A stretch of DNA of 64,000 bases, from NCBI RefSeq assembly GCF_009914755.1, contig NC_060933.1; one strand, written 5' to 3'. Made by a program: the position numbers and the translations under genes. Shown one piece after another: positions 61,444 to 64,000 of this stretch. The notes beneath the pieces were generated by a model. The model had not been told where the DNA came from and searched no databases. It saw only the letters and a list, made by a program, of their open reading frames with translations. Within the stretch, counting starts at the first letter, position 1. Every line of letters starts with the position of its first letter. The stretch is from the human T2T-CHM13v2.0 reference genome, Homo sapiens.

Positions 61444-64000
61444 GTGAGTGCGCGGCGCACGAAGCGCCCCCATAGGGTTGGGGGAAAGTGTGCGGCCTCG
61501 ACGGCCGGGAGCTGGATTGAATCTCTGTGTGCTGGGCAAATAGCGAGCCTTAAGCACCGGACGGCCTCGCAGAAGGGACATTAGCCCCCTGGGCTTCCAG
61601 ACTGTGCGTCCTCGGCTGGAGCGGGAGGAGAGGGTGCAGTGGTCCCTTGCTGCTCCGGGTGCAGGGCCTTGTCTCTGATAAATTGTTTTTTTGGAGATGG
61701 CTTTTTGGTTTGGGCCTTTGCCCCACTTTGCTAGGCAGGAAGTGGCAGGGATGGAGAAAGCAAGGCGGCGCTGACGCCAAACAGGTTTTGGGTTGGCGCG
61801 GCTGAGGGCCGGGAACTGGGGCAGCGAAGGAACGAGGCAGGGCGGCGAGGGTCCCAAGAGAAAGGGCTGGCTGTGGCCCGGGGCGCCGAGCTCGGCCTGG
61901 AGTGCGGCCTGACCTCGTGAAATGTCCCAAGGGCGGCAGGCTTGGGGAACTCGGGCTTGGGGAACTCAGGAAAGCAAAGGCTGCGGTTCCTTTTGCTCGG
62001 CCCGATCCTCCTTTAAAGACAGGTCTCAGTTTTCCCGGACTTTTTCCTCCGAGTTTCCTGGCGCCTGCTGGGGTGAGGGCCGTGACCCTCGGAAGCGAGC
62101 CCCCCGGGCGGGGACGAGACCGGAGCAGGCCTGGCCTCGCGCCGGGGTGGGGTGGGGTGGGGTGAGGTGGGGGGCTTGGTTCGGATTTCCGGCATCTTTG
62201 AACCCCAGGCCATTCCCGGAGAAGCTCTGCCCCCTCCCGCGCCCCTCCCTGCTCAGGACAGCTGCAGAGGTTCTGAGTTCCGGCAAATGAGCCGTCAACA
62301 TCTGCCCGAAGTCTGCAAGGCCCGGAAAGGTTTATGACTCTCCGGGCTTCCGAACTAGAGTTTATGTGCAATTATTTTCTTTCTTTCGTTTGCAACAGAA
62401 TTAGATTTGGAGATTTTGTGTTCTTCTTCCTTTTCCCTTTAGTCTAATGCACAAGCAGAAAAAAGCAAAAACAAAAACAAACCCAAGACTGTGCAGAGGG
62501 TGCTACGGCGGGAAGAAGTCAGTTATTTTCATCTTAAAGAATCTGAGTTGAATAGAGAGGGAAATGAGGGGCGGGTGTTCGCTCCAACGAAATCGCTTGG
62601 AGGATCATGGGGCGTGTGTCCCTGTGTGCGGAACTGGGAGGAAAACGCAGCCCCCAGTTTGGTAAATGGTGAAGCAGCGGTAGGCCGGTCGGTGGCGCGG
62701 ATTTAAGATTTGCTGAAGGCACTACCACAGATGTAGCTCTCTGGAACTTCCATCCCTCCTCTCCTACCACCCCCCAAAAAAAGACAAAACCGAGTTCAGA
62801 CCGGCTCCCCCAACACCAAGCCGCTTCTATTTATCAAGTGGGTCAACTTCCACTCGGAAGCACCTCGCGGGGCTCGGCTCCAGGGCACCTGGTGGCTGGG
62901 GAGCTGTATTGTTTTCCTGGGCACGGAGGTTCGGCGCCGGTTTTAGGATTGTGCAAAAAGAGAGTAGAAGGTACAGAGATTTATTTCTGCTTTTTGCTGT
63001 TCAGCCGCCGTTTGCCCCAGCGAGGTGGGCTGGAGGCTGAATTTCAAGCCTTGTTTAACCTCTACAAGAGACACCCTCCATTCAGCCATCTCACTTTCTC
63101 TCTGGCCTCCCTCTCTCTTTTTTTCCTTTCCGTTCTCTCCGTCCTTTCTCTCTATCTCTGTCTCTGTGTGTGTCGTGTTTGTTCCCGTGCCCTCCTCTCC
63201 GACCTTGGCCGGGGCTCCTAGTCCTGAGAGAAACGGCGTTCGGTGCGCCGGCGGTGGCTATGCGGCTGGCTCTTTCGGGGCTCCCGGGACTAGGTTGGGG
63301 AAAGAGGGCATCTCCCCGGCCTCTCGGGGCCCAGCCCAGTCTTCCTAGATCTGGCGTCCGCCCTTCCCTCCCCTCCCGCACTGGCAGGAGAGAAATGGCC
63401 GCAGTGTGGGCCGCGGGGCAGCTAGGACTGGAAAGCGGGGACCCTGGAGGGTGCGATCGCGGACGGGGTGTGCGGGCGCGGGTCGTGTGCGTGTGCGTGC
63501 AGGGTTCCGACCACGGGGACACGAGCTTGTTTGTGGCAGTGTCCCACATCCTGTGGCCCAGCCACGACGACCCCTTGCAAAGCCTCTTGCTCTGGGGACA
63601 GTCCCTCCGAGGCGCGGCGGCACCTTACTGAAGGGCGGCGAGCTGGGGGCCGAGTGGGGAGGGGGCGCCGTCGGGGCGCCGGGCGCTGGGCTTACAGCAG
63701 AGCCGCGGGCCGCGGGGTCGGAAAGTCCTTCCGGGGCGGGGCCGCAGCGGCCTCTTCCCGCAGCCCCTCGGGCCCGGGCCCCGGTGGAACGGAAACCTCC
63801 CCCTACCCCGGGAGGGGCTGCCAGCGGGCTGGGGGTGCGAAAACGGCGGCAGGAGCGGGCGAGGGGCCCGGGCCGCGCACTTTGCGCCTGGGTTTGCGCG
63901 CCGCGGCCGCGGGAGTCCCGCGCGGACCGGCCGGACGCCCGGCCTCCCCCAGCCCCAGCTTTTTGTGTGTGTGTGCCTGGCGGCGTAATTACTGATTTGA

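Larger units (their letters stand above)
56880..64000. promoter_or_regulatory. Large CpG-island domain covering the LHX2 promoter, exons 1-3 and the start of intron 3
   Basis: Very high GC and CpG density, broken by short AT-richer gaps. This layout is typical of Polycomb-regulated developmental transcription factor genes. Confidence 0.85.

Noticed and set aside
60858-61460. 200-aa antisense ORF over exon 3 (and 59771..60232 over exon 2)
   Set aside because: Shadow ORFs caused by the GC3-rich codon usage of LHX2.

Overview
Human-type (primate) genomic DNA holding the 5' half of LHX2, a LIM-homeobox gene (from memory, chr9q33.3), and about 57 kb of upstream sequence. Coding exons 1-3 lie on the + strand at 58267-58386, 59879-60081 and 61040-61443. 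The homeodomain exons fall beyond the window. Bases 1-41.6 kb are dense in Alu, L2, MIR, L1 and MaLR repeats. The last 22 kb contain no Alu that I can see, and carry CpG islands and AT-rich homeodomain/PBX-motif blocks. The most notable structures are: (1) a near-identical 2.73-kb inverted duplication (22271-25003 / 36941-39670) around an 11.9-kb invertible segment; (2) a distal CpG island with overlapping sense and antisense splice donors at 46141-46156; (3) an in-frame alternative exon-3 acceptor adding 8 aa to the LIM1-LIM2 linker; (4) three uAUGs in the LHX2 5' leader; (5) a 227-bp templated copy with a hairpin junction; (6) an Alu-Alu junction apparently copied across ~39 kb; and (7) a 2.3-kb GT/GAAT repeat with higher-order structure inside an L2. 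I see no wholly new biological system. Almost all other ORFs in the track are repeat- or GC-derived noise. Repeat subfamily calls are by eye and their boundaries are approximate.
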